A stretch of DNA of 64,000 nt. Source: a bacterium. Lineage in GTDB: Bacteria; Elusimicrobiota; Elusimicrobia; Elusimicrobiales; UBA9959. The notes under the pieces were generated by a model. The model was not told where the DNA came from. It did not search any database and saw only the letters and a list, made by a program, of their open reading frames with translations. Position numbers and translations under genes: made by a program. The stretch covers positions 8,595 to 72,594 of the forward strand of contig JAJYJH010000008.1 in NCBI GenBank assembly GCA_021789695.1, written 5' to 3'. Positions 21,464-29,797 of the stretch are shown piece after piece; position 1 is the stretch's first letter; the number at the start of each line of letters is the position of its first letter.

Positions 21464-23037
21464 GCGGCCTTTCCGTTTCCGGAGTGGCAAAAGCCTACCG
21501 CGTGGAGCTTCCGCGCGAGGACGCGCTATCATCCCTTGTGCGCTTCTTCAGCGGGCGCTCTCCCTCGCGCCCTTTCCTCGCGCTGGATGGAATCTCGTTC
21601 GAGCTCGCACCCGGAAAGGCGCTGGCTCTGCGGGGGCACAACGGCTCCGGCAAGACCACGCTGCTGAAGATTCTGGCAGGCATAACGGCGCCGACCTCCG
21701 GTTTTGTCTCTTTCTCGGGCAAAAGGGCCTGCCTTCTGGGCTTCGCCTCGATACTGCAGGACCGCCTCAGCGTAAAGGAGAACGCACGGCTTTGCGCCAT
21801 TTTTTTTGAGTTGCCGGGGGACCCCGCCGAGAACGCGGAGAGGATAATGGCCGCGGCGGGGCTGGAGCATCTGCGCAACGCGCGCGCTGGAGAGCTCTCC
21901 TCGGGCATGCGGCTGCGGCTGCCCTTCATGGCGGCCCTCTCGTCCGGGGCGGACCTCTTCCTGCTGGACGAGACGCTGGCCGTTGGCGATGCCGATTTCA
22001 GGCGCGAATGTCTAGCCAGGCTGGCCGGGCTAAAGCGCTCCGGGGCCATGCTGGTATTCGCTACCCACGACGACGCGCTGGCCATGGCGCTGGCCGACGA
22101 GGCACTGCTGCTGGAAGCCGGCAGGCCGCTTTACCTGGGGCCTGCGCACGGTATGCCGGGCGCGGCGCAACCAGCCGAAGGAGCCCTCGCGCGCGCTCTC
22201 GCCCGGTTCGCCATCCTTTTCGCCAGGCTCCGCTCTGAAGGGTTCGAGCTGCGCGAGGCGCCGCCGGCTTCCGACGAGGACCTGCTGCTCGTCCACACTC
22301 CGGTCTGGCTGGCCAGGCTGAAGGCCAACGATCTCTCTCCAGACGAAGAGCGCCTGCTGCTGCTCCCTTCGTCGCGCACGCTCCTGCCGCGTGCCTGGCG
22401 CATGGCCGGCGGTACGCTGGCCGCGGCCAGAAGGGCCCTGGCCTCCGGGCTTGGCGTATATCCGCCCGGAGGAGGGCACCATGCCTTCCCGGACCGCGGG
22501 GCCGGTTTCTCCGCGGTCAACGACATAGCCATAGCCGCGCGCCGCCTGCTAAAGGACGGCCTTGTTCGCCGCCCGGCCGTGATAGATCTGGACGCCCACC
22601 AGGGCAACGGCACCGCTTTCATCTTTCCTTTGGGAGAGGTCGCCACCTTTTCCGCTCACCGGGCCGGCGGCTACCCCATTAACAGGCACCGCTCGACGCT
22701 GGACGTGGAGCTCCCCCCGGGCGCCGGCGACGCAGACTATCTGGCCGCCGTGGAGAAAGGCCTAGGAGATTTTCTGGCCGCCTCCGCTCCGGACTTCGTT
22801 TTCGCGCTCTGCTCAGGGGACCCCTACGAAAAAGACCCGCTGGGCGGGCTGAAACTCTCCAGGAACGGCCTGCGGGGGCGCGACGAGCTCTTGTTCCGCC
22901 TGCTGAAGGAAGTGCCGGTCTGCCTTCTGCTCGGGGCCTCCTACTCACCACCCGAGGAGGCGGCTGAAATAGACCTGGCCGCCGTCAAAGCGGCGTTTTC
23001 GGCCCGTCCTTCGGCCGAGCGCGTGATAGACGTCTGA
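21460..23037 (+). CDS. Wzt/TagH-like ABC ATPase fused to an HDAC-family (arginase/deacetylase fold) domain
   Basis: N-terminal GHNGSGKTTLLK, LSSGMRLRL and LFLLDETLAVGD. C-terminal PPGGGHHAFPDRGAGFSAVNDIA, VIDLDAHQGNGT and SGDPYEKDPLGGLKLS. One uninterrupted ORF. Confidence 0.8.
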   Translation: MSGLSVSGVAKAYRVELPREDALSSLVRFFSGRSPSRPFLALDGISFELAPGKALALRGHNGSGKTTLLKILAGITAPTSGFVSFSGKRACLLGFASILQDRLSVKENARLCAIFFELPGDPAENAERIMAAAGLEHLRNARAGELSSGMRLRLPFMAALSSGADLFLLDETLAVGDADFRRECLARLAGLKRSGAMLVFATHDDALAMALADEALLLEAGRPLYLGPAHGMPGAAQPAEGALARALARFAILFARLRSEGFELREAPPASDEDLLLVHTPVWLARLKANDLSPDEERLLLLPSSRTLLPRAWRMAGGTLAAARRALASGLGVYPPGGGHHAFPDRGAGFSAVNDIAIAARRLLKDGLVRRPAVIDLDAHQGNGTAFIFPLGEVATFSAHRAGGYPINRHRSTLDVELPPGAGDADYLAAVEKGLGDFLAASAPDFVFALCSGDPYEKDPLGGLKLSRNGLRGRDELLFRLLKEVPVCLLLGASYSPPEEAAEIDLAAVKAAFSARPSAERVIDV

Positions 23038-23058
23038 GCTGATAGGACCCTCCCCCCC

Positions 23059-23076
23059 AAAGGCGCGCCCGCTTTT
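23059..23076. terminator. Possible bidirectional hairpin in the convergent gap
   Basis: AAAGGCG-CGCC-CGCTTTT forms a 7-bp stem with a flanking A-run/T-run in the 46-bp gap between convergent genes. Short stem. Confidence 0.3.
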
Positions 23077-23083
23077 CCTGGCC

Positions 23084-23923
23084 TCAGCGCTGGAACTCGT
23101 AGGAATAGAGGATATAGAGCAACGCCCGGACCGCGAAAGCCGGGGTCATGAAGGATTCCGTGCCGGAGGCGTTTTTCAGCGCCGCCCGGGCCGCCCAGTA
23201 GGAGGCCGTCGGACTAGTAAGGTCGCGGGTCAGGCGTAGCCTCCAGCCGGAGCCGGCGGCCCCGTTCAGGTACTCCTCCCGTGAATGTATCCGCGTGACG
23301 TAGGCCTTATCCGCCAACGTGGCGTACCTGCGTCCGAGGCGGTGCGCCGAATTTCGCGTCCAGGCTATTACTACCAGCCTGGCCCCCGGCCTTGCCACGC
23401 GGGCCGTTTCGCGGAAGAAAGCTGGCAGGGCGGGCACGTGTTCGGTGGACTCGCAGGCCCAGACCAGGTCGAAGGAACCGCGCCCGAAGGGCAGGTCAAG
23501 CATGGAGGCCTTAGAAAAACGCACACGTCCGGAGAGACCACGCGCCCTGGCGGCGGCCCTGGCGGCCGAGGCCTGATAGCCGGATAGAGTAACGCCGCGC
23601 ACCGTCAGGGCCGGATACCTCTCCGCCAGCAGCAGGCTAGATCCGCCGCGGCCGCACCCGGCGTCCAGCAGACTGGCGCCTGGACGCGGCCTGCCCAGGT
23701 ACCTGAAGCCCAACTTTGCAAGCGCCGTCTCGGAATCGTGTATCATCCTTTCCGCCCCGGCGGGAGCGGCCTTGGCGAAGCGCCGCAGGAAGGAGACCCT
23801 GTCGGCTACCAGCCCGTTGTGATGGTGTATTATCCCGTCTGAGGCCAGACGCCAGTTAAAGTCCTTGCGCTTGGAGTCGTAGAGGGCCGCCACCTTTGCC
23901 AGCCAAGGGTCCCCGGCCCTCAC
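23084..23923 (-). CDS. Class I SAM methyltransferase resembling prenyl-diphosphate (GPP 2-C-) methyltransferases
   Basis: LLDAGCGRGGSS SAM motif, N-terminal IIHHHNG, then VRGVTLS, MLDLPF and IHSREEYL. From memory this pattern matches the GPP C-methyltransferase family. Confidence 0.65.
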   Translation of the reverse strand: MRAGDPWLAKVAALYDSKRKDFNWRLASDGIIHHHNGLVADRVSFLRRFAKAAPAGAERMIHDSETALAKLGFRYLGRPRPGASLLDAGCGRGGSSLLLAERYPALTVRGVTLSGYQASAARAAARARGLSGRVRFSKASMLDLPFGRGSFDLVWACESTEHVPALPAFFRETARVARPGARLVVIAWTRNSAHRLGRRYATLADKAYVTRIHSREEYLNGAAGSGWRLRLTRDLTSPTASYWAARAALKNASGTESFMTPAFAVRALLYILYSYEFQR

Positions 23924-24435
23924 GCAGCCCCCTTCAGCGCGGCAGCGAAGGCAAGAGCCAGGCGCCGCGCCGAGGCGGATGGGCAGAAGCGCTCACGCGG
24001 CCTCGGCAGCGCCATGGCGGCTGGCATCGCAGCCATCTCTCCGGAGAACGCGGCGTGCAGGGCCAGGGCCGCCCGGGCCGGCAGCCGCGGGCCGGAAAAG
24101 AGGAAGAAGCGGGAATAGTTCCCCAGAGCCATCGCGAAATTGAGGGTCATCGGCATATCCATGCCGGGAAGCGGCCCGCCGCCGCGCGCATAGGCCGCGG
24201 CAATCTCCTGGGAGGCCTGCCAGAGACGCAGCGAAATCACTAGACGGCGGCGCAGTGACGCCGGGAGGGAACGCGGAATATCTTTTTCAGCGGTAACCGG
24301 CCTGCGGCAAAGCCGCGAGGCCGGCCCGAAGAAGGCGGCGCGGGCGGCGTGTGGGTCACAGGAAAAAGGCAGGGGTCCCAGGACGGCCCTGTGCCAGGCC
24401 GGCACCGAGCGCTTAACCGGAAAAATGGCCCTCAT
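23920..24435 (-). CDS. Hypothetical protein
   Basis: ATGA overlaps at both ends tie it into the operon. No recognisable motif. Confidence 0.45.
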   Translation of the reverse strand: MRAIFPVKRSVPAWHRAVLGPLPFSCDPHAARAAFFGPASRLCRRPVTAEKDIPRSLPASLRRRLVISLRLWQASQEIAAAYARGGGPLPGMDMPMTLNFAMALGNYSRFFLFSGPRLPARAALALHAAFSGEMAAMPAAMALPRPRERFCPSASARRLALAFAAALKGAA

Positions 24436-25142
24436 CCGCCGAAGGCCTCCCGCACCGAGGCCAGCCTGGCGGCGCTCACCGAGCGGGAACGGTCGGAGCC
24501 GAAACAGACGGCGCCGCGCAGGCCGACTATGTCGGGCCCCAGCCCCCGCAGTACCGGCAGCATCCGCACTCCTACGGAGCCGGCGAGGGCGGTCTTAAGG
24601 CCGGCGGCGCGGGCCAGGCGCAAAAAGCGCGCCAGCTCCGGGCGCGTCATGTTGTCGAAAAGGGAACGCCCGTCCTTAAGGGCTGTGTCCAGCATGACGG
24701 CGGCGGCTCCGGCCCTCTTAGCCGCACGCACCAGGGGCCAGGGCGCCAGCCCGCCGAAACGGCGCCAGTCCGCATAGCCGGCTATGACCGGCAGCGCGCG
24801 TGGCGCCGCCGAGCGTACGCCTTTGACCACGGCGCTGGCCAGCTCGAAGGCCCTGGCCTCGGTCCTGACGCCGTAGAGCCCGGCCTTGACGTAATCCGCG
24901 CCTATCGAGGCCGCGGCGTAGGCCGCAAGCGCTGCTGTGCCCGGCTTGAAATCCAGGTCGCCTATCGCGGCGCTGAACTCTACGGGATAACGCCGAAGCC
25001 GGCGGACTATCCCGGCCAGCACCCAGGGGAAATTGGCCCCCAGCGAGCCTTCATTGACGTTCTTGAGGTCCAGGATATCGGCCCCGCCGCGGGCCACGAG
25101 CAGGGCCTCGCGCAGGTCCACAGGGCTGACTAGAAGTTTCAT
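24432..25142 (-). CDS. (5-formylfuran-3-yl)methyl phosphate synthase homologue (MfnB / DUF556 family)
   Basis: MKLLVSP start, GSLGANFPWV, AAIGDLDFKPGTA, GADYVKAGLYG, AGYAD, MLDTALKDGRSLFD, ALAGS and IVGLRGAVC. An alternative ATG lies at 25160. Confidence 0.7.
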   Translation of the reverse strand: MKLLVSPVDLREALLVARGGADILDLKNVNEGSLGANFPWVLAGIVRRLRRYPVEFSAAIGDLDFKPGTAALAAYAAASIGADYVKAGLYGVRTEARAFELASAVVKGVRSAAPRALPVIAGYADWRRFGGLAPWPLVRAAKRAGAAAVMLDTALKDGRSLFDNMTRPELARFLRLARAAGLKTALAGSVGVRMLPVLRGLGPDIVGLRGAVCFGSDRSRSVSAARLASVREAFGG

Positions 25143-25143
25143 C

Positions 25144-26199
25144 TTATTTGTCGCGTTCATCGGCCATGTAATACGCCAGAGAGCGGAGCAGCGAAAGTTC
25201 CCGCAGGCGCAGGCGGCAGGAACCCAGTTCGCTGAGCGCCCTTCGGCGGAACACGTCTATCATGCGGCGGTTCTCCTCCACCGCGCCGCTCCGGCGGACT
25301 ATATCTATAACATTTTTAAGGGCCGCCATGGAAATGGACGCGTCCCCCAGCGCCGCTCCCAGCGCCGCCCGCTGCGCCGGGGCGGAAAAGCGCATGGCGG
25401 TAAGGTAGAGATACGTGTACCGTCCTGCGGTTATATCGTCGGCCAGCGGTTTTCCCCAGGCCTCGGAACGCGGGAAGAGGTTCAGCTCGTCGCCGTGCAG
25501 GTGATAGGCCATGCCGAGCCAGGAGCCGGCCGCCTCGAAGCGCGGCAGTTCCCGGCGGCCGCAGCCGCCAAGCAGCGCCCCTATCCTGAAGGGACCGGTG
25601 AAGGAGAGGAAACGGATACGGTCCCAGCTCATGGAGAGATACTCCTCCGCTGACGGCGCCCTGCGCCCCGCCGTCCACCAGAGTTCCACGGACTGCCCGT
25701 AACCGTAGGCGAAGATCTCCGAGGAGAACGTGCGCAGTATGTACTCCCGGCGCCAGTCCTCCAGCCGCAGGGACGGGGAAAGGAAAACGCGCCAAGCCCA
25801 GTTATAGGACGCCTGATACGCCAGGTAGGCGTTCTTCTCGCCGTAGAGCCTGTGCGCGGCAGGGCCCCCGCGGCGGAGGGCGGAGCCGTCTATTATGTCG
25901 TCGAAACTGACCGTGGAGGCCTCCATTAGTTCGATGGCGCCGAAGACCTCCTCGTAATCCGCCGGCGCCTTGCCGAAAGCCTCCAGCAGCAGGCGGGCTA
26001 TCAGCGGACGCAGCAGTTTTCCCGGTCGCTCAAGGTAAAGACGCGCGGGCGCGTTGATCCCGCGGCGGAGGGCGGCGGAGGCGGAGAGACCGGCCGCCCT
26101 GAGCCAGTCGGTAGGGAAGACGCGCGGGAAAGCCGCGCGCGAAGCCCGCAGCAGCTGCGGCAGCGCCGCGGCGTAATAGGCCGCCAGGGCGGGGGACAT
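25144..26199 (-). CDS. Polyprenyl synthase-family paralogue with a degenerate second Asp-rich motif
   Basis: RPGKLLRP, first motif FDDIID plus RRGGPAAH, and second motif HGDELN in place of DDxxD. Confidence 0.7.
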   Translation of the reverse strand: MSPALAAYYAAALPQLLRASRAAFPRVFPTDWLRAAGLSASAALRRGINAPARLYLERPGKLLRPLIARLLLEAFGKAPADYEEVFGAIELMEASTVSFDDIIDGSALRRGGPAAHRLYGEKNAYLAYQASYNWAWRVFLSPSLRLEDWRREYILRTFSSEIFAYGYGQSVELWWTAGRRAPSAEEYLSMSWDRIRFLSFTGPFRIGALLGGCGRRELPRFEAAGSWLGMAYHLHGDELNLFPRSEAWGKPLADDITAGRYTYLYLTAMRFSAPAQRAALGAALGDASISMAALKNVIDIVRRSGAVEENRRMIDVFRRRALSELGSCRLRLRELSLLRSLAYYMADERDK

Positions 26200-26237
26200 T
26201 CCGCCGCCCTGCCGCCGGAGATGGACGGGGCAGTTTT

Positions 26238-27269
26238 TCAAGACGCCCTCCCGGCGAGGCGGCGGACGAAAGCCTTTAGCGCCTCCCCGTAGCCGCCGTT
26301 CATGGCCGGAAGCAAGGCCCGCTCCAGCACCGCCATGGCGGAGCCTGTCCTCGCGGCCGCGGTGGAACGGCAATACGCCGCGGCACCGCTGGCGATCATC
26401 GCCTCCCGGGCACGGGTCACGTCCGCCTCCCGTGGCACGGTCCCGGGAGGCCGCGAATAAAGGCGGAGCAGGAAGGAACGGCCGACGGAGGAGGAGCGCC
26501 GCAGGGCGTGCCAGAGCAGCAGCGTGCGCTTGCCTTCCCGTATGTCGTTGCCCGGAGCTTTTCCGAAGCCGGTCCCGCCGTCGTTCTCCAGGTCCAGAAC
26601 GTCGTCCATGAGCTGAAAAGCGGCGCCGAGGTGCCGTCCAAAAACATTAATCGCACCGAAGAGGTCGTAACGTCCGGCGAGGACGGCGGCCAGCCTGCAC
26701 GGGCCCGTGGTGGTATAGGAGGACGTCTTCATGTCCGCCAGGCGGAAGTAAGCGCGCGGCGAAAATTCTCGCGGCGGCCTACCCCGCCAGACCAGCTCCA
26801 GGTGCTGTCCCTGGAGCGCGCGCCGGACAGCGGTATAAAACTCGCCGAATACCGGACCGAACTCCCGCGGCCCGAGCAGACAGTTGCCGTAGAGCATCTC
26901 CGGTATGTAGGTGGCTGTGAGGTCCAGCGCGTTGATAGCGGCCTCCTCGCCGCACAGGCGGTGGAGCGCCGGGCCGCCGCGTCTCGTCTCGGCGTGATCC
27001 ATAAGGTCGTCGCGGCCGAGACCCCAGTTCTCAAGAAGTTCGTAGGCCGCCGCGAGGCGGGAGGCCTTCCTGTAGCTCCCCCCGAGCCCTCCGGCGAACA
27101 GGCACAGCAGGACGGAGCGCAGCGCCTTGCCGCGGCGCCGCGGATAGGCCGTGATGCATCCGCGCAGGCCGGGGTCCATGCCCGCCGTCTTTTTCTCAAG
27201 CCAGCCGTCCATGACCGCGAAGACGTCCCGGCGCACTTTCACGGCATAGGCGTCAAGACTTATCGCCAT
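26238..27269 (-). CDS. Polyprenyl diphosphate synthase (canonical motifs)
   Basis: RDDLMD...RRGGPALH and FQLMDDVLDLE...GK...NDIREGKRT. GGGAGG Shine-Dalgarno. Confidence 0.8.
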   Translation of the reverse strand: MAISLDAYAVKVRRDVFAVMDGWLEKKTAGMDPGLRGCITAYPRRRGKALRSVLLCLFAGGLGGSYRKASRLAAAYELLENWGLGRDDLMDHAETRRGGPALHRLCGEEAAINALDLTATYIPEMLYGNCLLGPREFGPVFGEFYTAVRRALQGQHLELVWRGRPPREFSPRAYFRLADMKTSSYTTTGPCRLAAVLAGRYDLFGAINVFGRHLGAAFQLMDDVLDLENDGGTGFGKAPGNDIREGKRTLLLWHALRRSSSVGRSFLLRLYSRPPGTVPREADVTRAREAMIASGAAAYCRSTAAARTGSAMAVLERALLPAMNGGYGEALKAFVRRLAGRAS

Positions 27270-27873
27270 AAACCTCCCTCAGGGTCGAACCTAGAAAGCC
27301 GCGCGGAAGAAGAAGGGCGGACTCGGCCCGGGAGCGGCGCGCAGACCAACCGGCGCCGACGGCGAGCGCGGCCTCTCGGCAAGCGCGCGCGCCGCCTTCC
27401 CCCAGGCCCAGTTCCAGCGCGCGGAAAAAGAAGGCGGCCCGCAGGGCCCACCCCTCAGGAGAAACTTCTTTCGCCACGCCTGGGCGCAGCAGAGATCCGG
27501 AAATGGCAGCTCCGGCCTCCACGAAGAAACCCTCAAGAGCCTGGCGGCGTTCCGCCGGGAAGCAGCGCGCGGCCAGGCGCTCCGCCAACGAAACGGCCGA
27601 AAGCAGCAGCAGGATATCGCCCCCCCGCAGGGCGGCGGTTGCGCGCCTGCCGCAGGCCTCCCTGGACCTCAGCCATGGCTGCTGCGCAGCCGAGAGGGCG
27701 TCTGCGGAAGCCAGCAGCCGGGGCGGGACGCGCGTCCCAGGCCAGAGCAGCCTCACCGCCCTGCCAGCAGGGGTGCGCGCAAGGAGGAGCCGTGCCTCGG
27801 AAGAAGGCCATGGCCTTCCCGGCGGTCCGGCCAGGAGGGCCGCGGCAAGCTGGGCCACTGGGCCGCGCTTCAT
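27253..27873 (-). CDS. Hypothetical Ala/Leu-rich helical protein
   Basis: Operon-embedded, with overlaps at both ends. No motif recognised. Confidence 0.4.
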   Translation of the reverse strand: MKRGPVAQLAAALLAGPPGRPWPSSEARLLLARTPAGRAVRLLWPGTRVPPRLLASADALSAAQQPWLRSREACGRRATAALRGGDILLLLSAVSLAERLAARCFPAERRQALEGFFVEAGAAISGSLLRPGVAKEVSPEGWALRAAFFFRALELGLGEGGARACREAALAVGAGWSARRSRAESALLLPRGFLGSTLREVYGDKS

Positions 27874-28973
27874 TTCGTCCTCCGTGCCGAAAGATAAAGC
27901 GGCAGGCGCAAAAAAAGGGCGCGAGAAGCCCGCGGCAGGCTAAGCTCCGCGACGAGGCGCAGGGCGCGGGCATTGAGGGACGCGATAGAGGCTTCCGTTT
28001 CCTCCACCGCGCCGCAGTCGCGGGCCGCCCGGATGGCGCGCTGCAAGGCGCTGCGGGAAGGTTTCCCCGAAAGGACGGAATCCGCCGCGCGGGGGTCGTC
28101 CCGTTTCAGGCGAGCCAGAGCCGCCGAGGTCAGGAAGGTGGCTTTGCCGGCCAGAAAGTCGTCGCCGGGGAGTTTCCCCCAGGAAGGGTCTTCCGGAAAG
28201 AGGTTGAGCATATCGCCGCGCAGGTGATAGGCCGCGCCAAGGGTCTCTCCGAGAGCGCAGAACTCGGCCTGCCTGGCGCGCGGAAGGCCGGCGCAGACCG
28301 CCGCCGCGCCGAGCGGGCCGGCGAAGGAAAGGATCGAGATCCTGTCGCGCACGTTATCGAGATAGGCGGCCATGGTTACGGGCCCTTGAGCTTCGGCCAG
28401 GAGCGGTTCCGACAGGTGGCCGCGACAAGCCCTGAAATAATAGGAATTCATGAGCTCGTGAAGGTGTAGCCTCTGCCTGGACCCGAGGGGCAGCGCCGGG
28501 TGGTCCGGCACTCCCAGGCAGAGATGAAAGACGGCCATGGCGGCCGCGGCCGCCCGGGGGCCGTATACCAGCTGCGCCGCGCGGGCCCCGCGCCGGCGCG
28601 GAGAGGAGTCCAGTGCATCGTCGAGCATCACGGTGGCGGACTCCATCACCTCGAGCATCCACAGCAGGGGACGGAACTCTTCCGGGGCGCGCCCAGCCGC
28701 CTGCAGAGCCAGCATGGCCAGGTAAGGGCGAAGCAGCTTGCCCGGCCTGTCCAGATAATAGCGCAGCACCGACCAGTCCGTCCCCGCCAGCCCGGCGCGC
28801 CCTGGCCTGGCCAGAAGTTCCGGCACCGCGGAAAAGGAATACTCTGCCAAAGCGCCCCGGATGACCGGCAGACAGGCCCGGTAATGCCCGGCCAGTTCCG
28901 GCCCCATCTCGCCGGCCGCCTCCGGAGATGGTTCCCCCCAGCCCGGGCCGAAAGGCTTTGGACGCCCGGCCAT
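27870..28973 (-). CDS. Polyprenyl synthase-family paralogue with a degenerate second Asp-rich motif
   Basis: RPGKLLRP, MLDDALD...RRRGARAA, and RGDMLN in place of DDxxD. Clear paralogue of 25144-26199. Start taken at 28973 (a 1-nt overlap with the upstream stop). Confidence 0.7.
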   Translation of the reverse strand: MAGRPKPFGPGWGEPSPEAAGEMGPELAGHYRACLPVIRGALAEYSFSAVPELLARPGRAGLAGTDWSVLRYYLDRPGKLLRPYLAMLALQAAGRAPEEFRPLLWMLEVMESATVMLDDALDSSPRRRGARAAQLVYGPRAAAAAMAVFHLCLGVPDHPALPLGSRQRLHLHELMNSYYFRACRGHLSEPLLAEAQGPVTMAAYLDNVRDRISILSFAGPLGAAAVCAGLPRARQAEFCALGETLGAAYHLRGDMLNLFPEDPSWGKLPGDDFLAGKATFLTSAALARLKRDDPRAADSVLSGKPSRSALQRAIRAARDCGAVEETEASIASLNARALRLVAELSLPRASRALFLRLPLYLSARRTK

Positions 28974-29797
28974 CAGGATACCAGCCAGCCCGCCAGCACG
29001 CAAAGCAGCATCAGGTTGGCGGAAAGAAGATAAAGCTCGTAGAACCAGCGCGGCGGGCGGAAGGAGGCGGCCGCCGCGGCGGCCATCGTCCAGAGGGTCC
29101 AGGCGGAATCGGCCTTCTCCCCGAGAAGAAGATGCCGGAGCAGGACCGGCGCCAGCAGCAAGGCCAGCGCCGCGGCTGTAGCCCTCAGACCGAGAAGTAC
29201 GGGCACGCTGCGCACGCCGGCTTCGGCGTCCCCGCTGTAGTCGCGCATATCCAGGATCACACTAAGGGCCAGGATGAACGGGATAAGCATCCATGTCGCA
29301 CGGATCAGGGCCGCAGCGGCCGTCCACGAGAAGGCGTGGTGCAGCAGGAACGGGGCAAGAACCCCGACGCCCCAGAACGCGGCCAGGTTCACCAGGGTCT
29401 TGAGCGCCGGCACCCTCTTTATAAGAGTTACGCCGTTGAAAGGGACCGCGTACAGCGGCACGAAAACCACGGAGAGGACCAAAAGCGGGCGGAAGGGGGT
29501 AAGCAGCAGGATATAGAGCGAGTCGGCCAGCAGCAGCGCGCCGAAGAAGGCCGGCGGGGGCGGGGAAATCCTCAGTTCCCCGGCCGGCACGTTGACGGAA
29601 TCCTCTTTCTGCGAGAACAGGCGGTCCAGCAGATAAGCCAGCTGGATCATGACGGCCAGCGCGCCGCCGGCCGCGATGGCGGCGGCCTTCAGCCCCCCCA
29701 TGGCCGAGGCCATATTGAGAAAAAGCAGGAAAGCCGCCAGCGGGAGCTGGACCCGGAACGAGGAAACGAACCCGTAGACAGCGGAGAATGCCCTCAT
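28973..29797 (-). CDS. UbiA-superfamily-like membrane prenyltransferase (divergent first motif)
   Basis: Eight or nine TM helices. The second motif DMRDYSGDAEAGVRSVP fits DxxDxxxD-x3-G-x2-[ST]-x-P. The first motif YLLDRLFSQKEDSVN is degenerate. Confidence 0.55.
   Translation of the reverse strand: MRAFSAVYGFVSSFRVQLPLAAFLLFLNMASAMGGLKAAAIAAGGALAVMIQLAYLLDRLFSQKEDSVNVPAGELRISPPPPAFFGALLLADSLYILLLTPFRPLLVLSVVFVPLYAVPFNGVTLIKRVPALKTLVNLAAFWGVGVLAPFLLHHAFSWTAAAALIRATWMLIPFILALSVILDMRDYSGDAEAGVRSVPVLLGLRATAAALALLLAPVLLRHLLLGEKADSAWTLWTMAAAAAASFRPPRWFYELYLLSANLMLLCVLAGWLVS

Noticed and set aside
26508-28469. A 653-aa plus-strand ORF across the polyprenyl-synthase genes.
   Set aside because: The sequence is Arg/Pro/Ala/Gly-rich and low-complexity, with no motifs. 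It is antisense to three genes that carry clear family signatures. It is a GC-rich shadow ORF.
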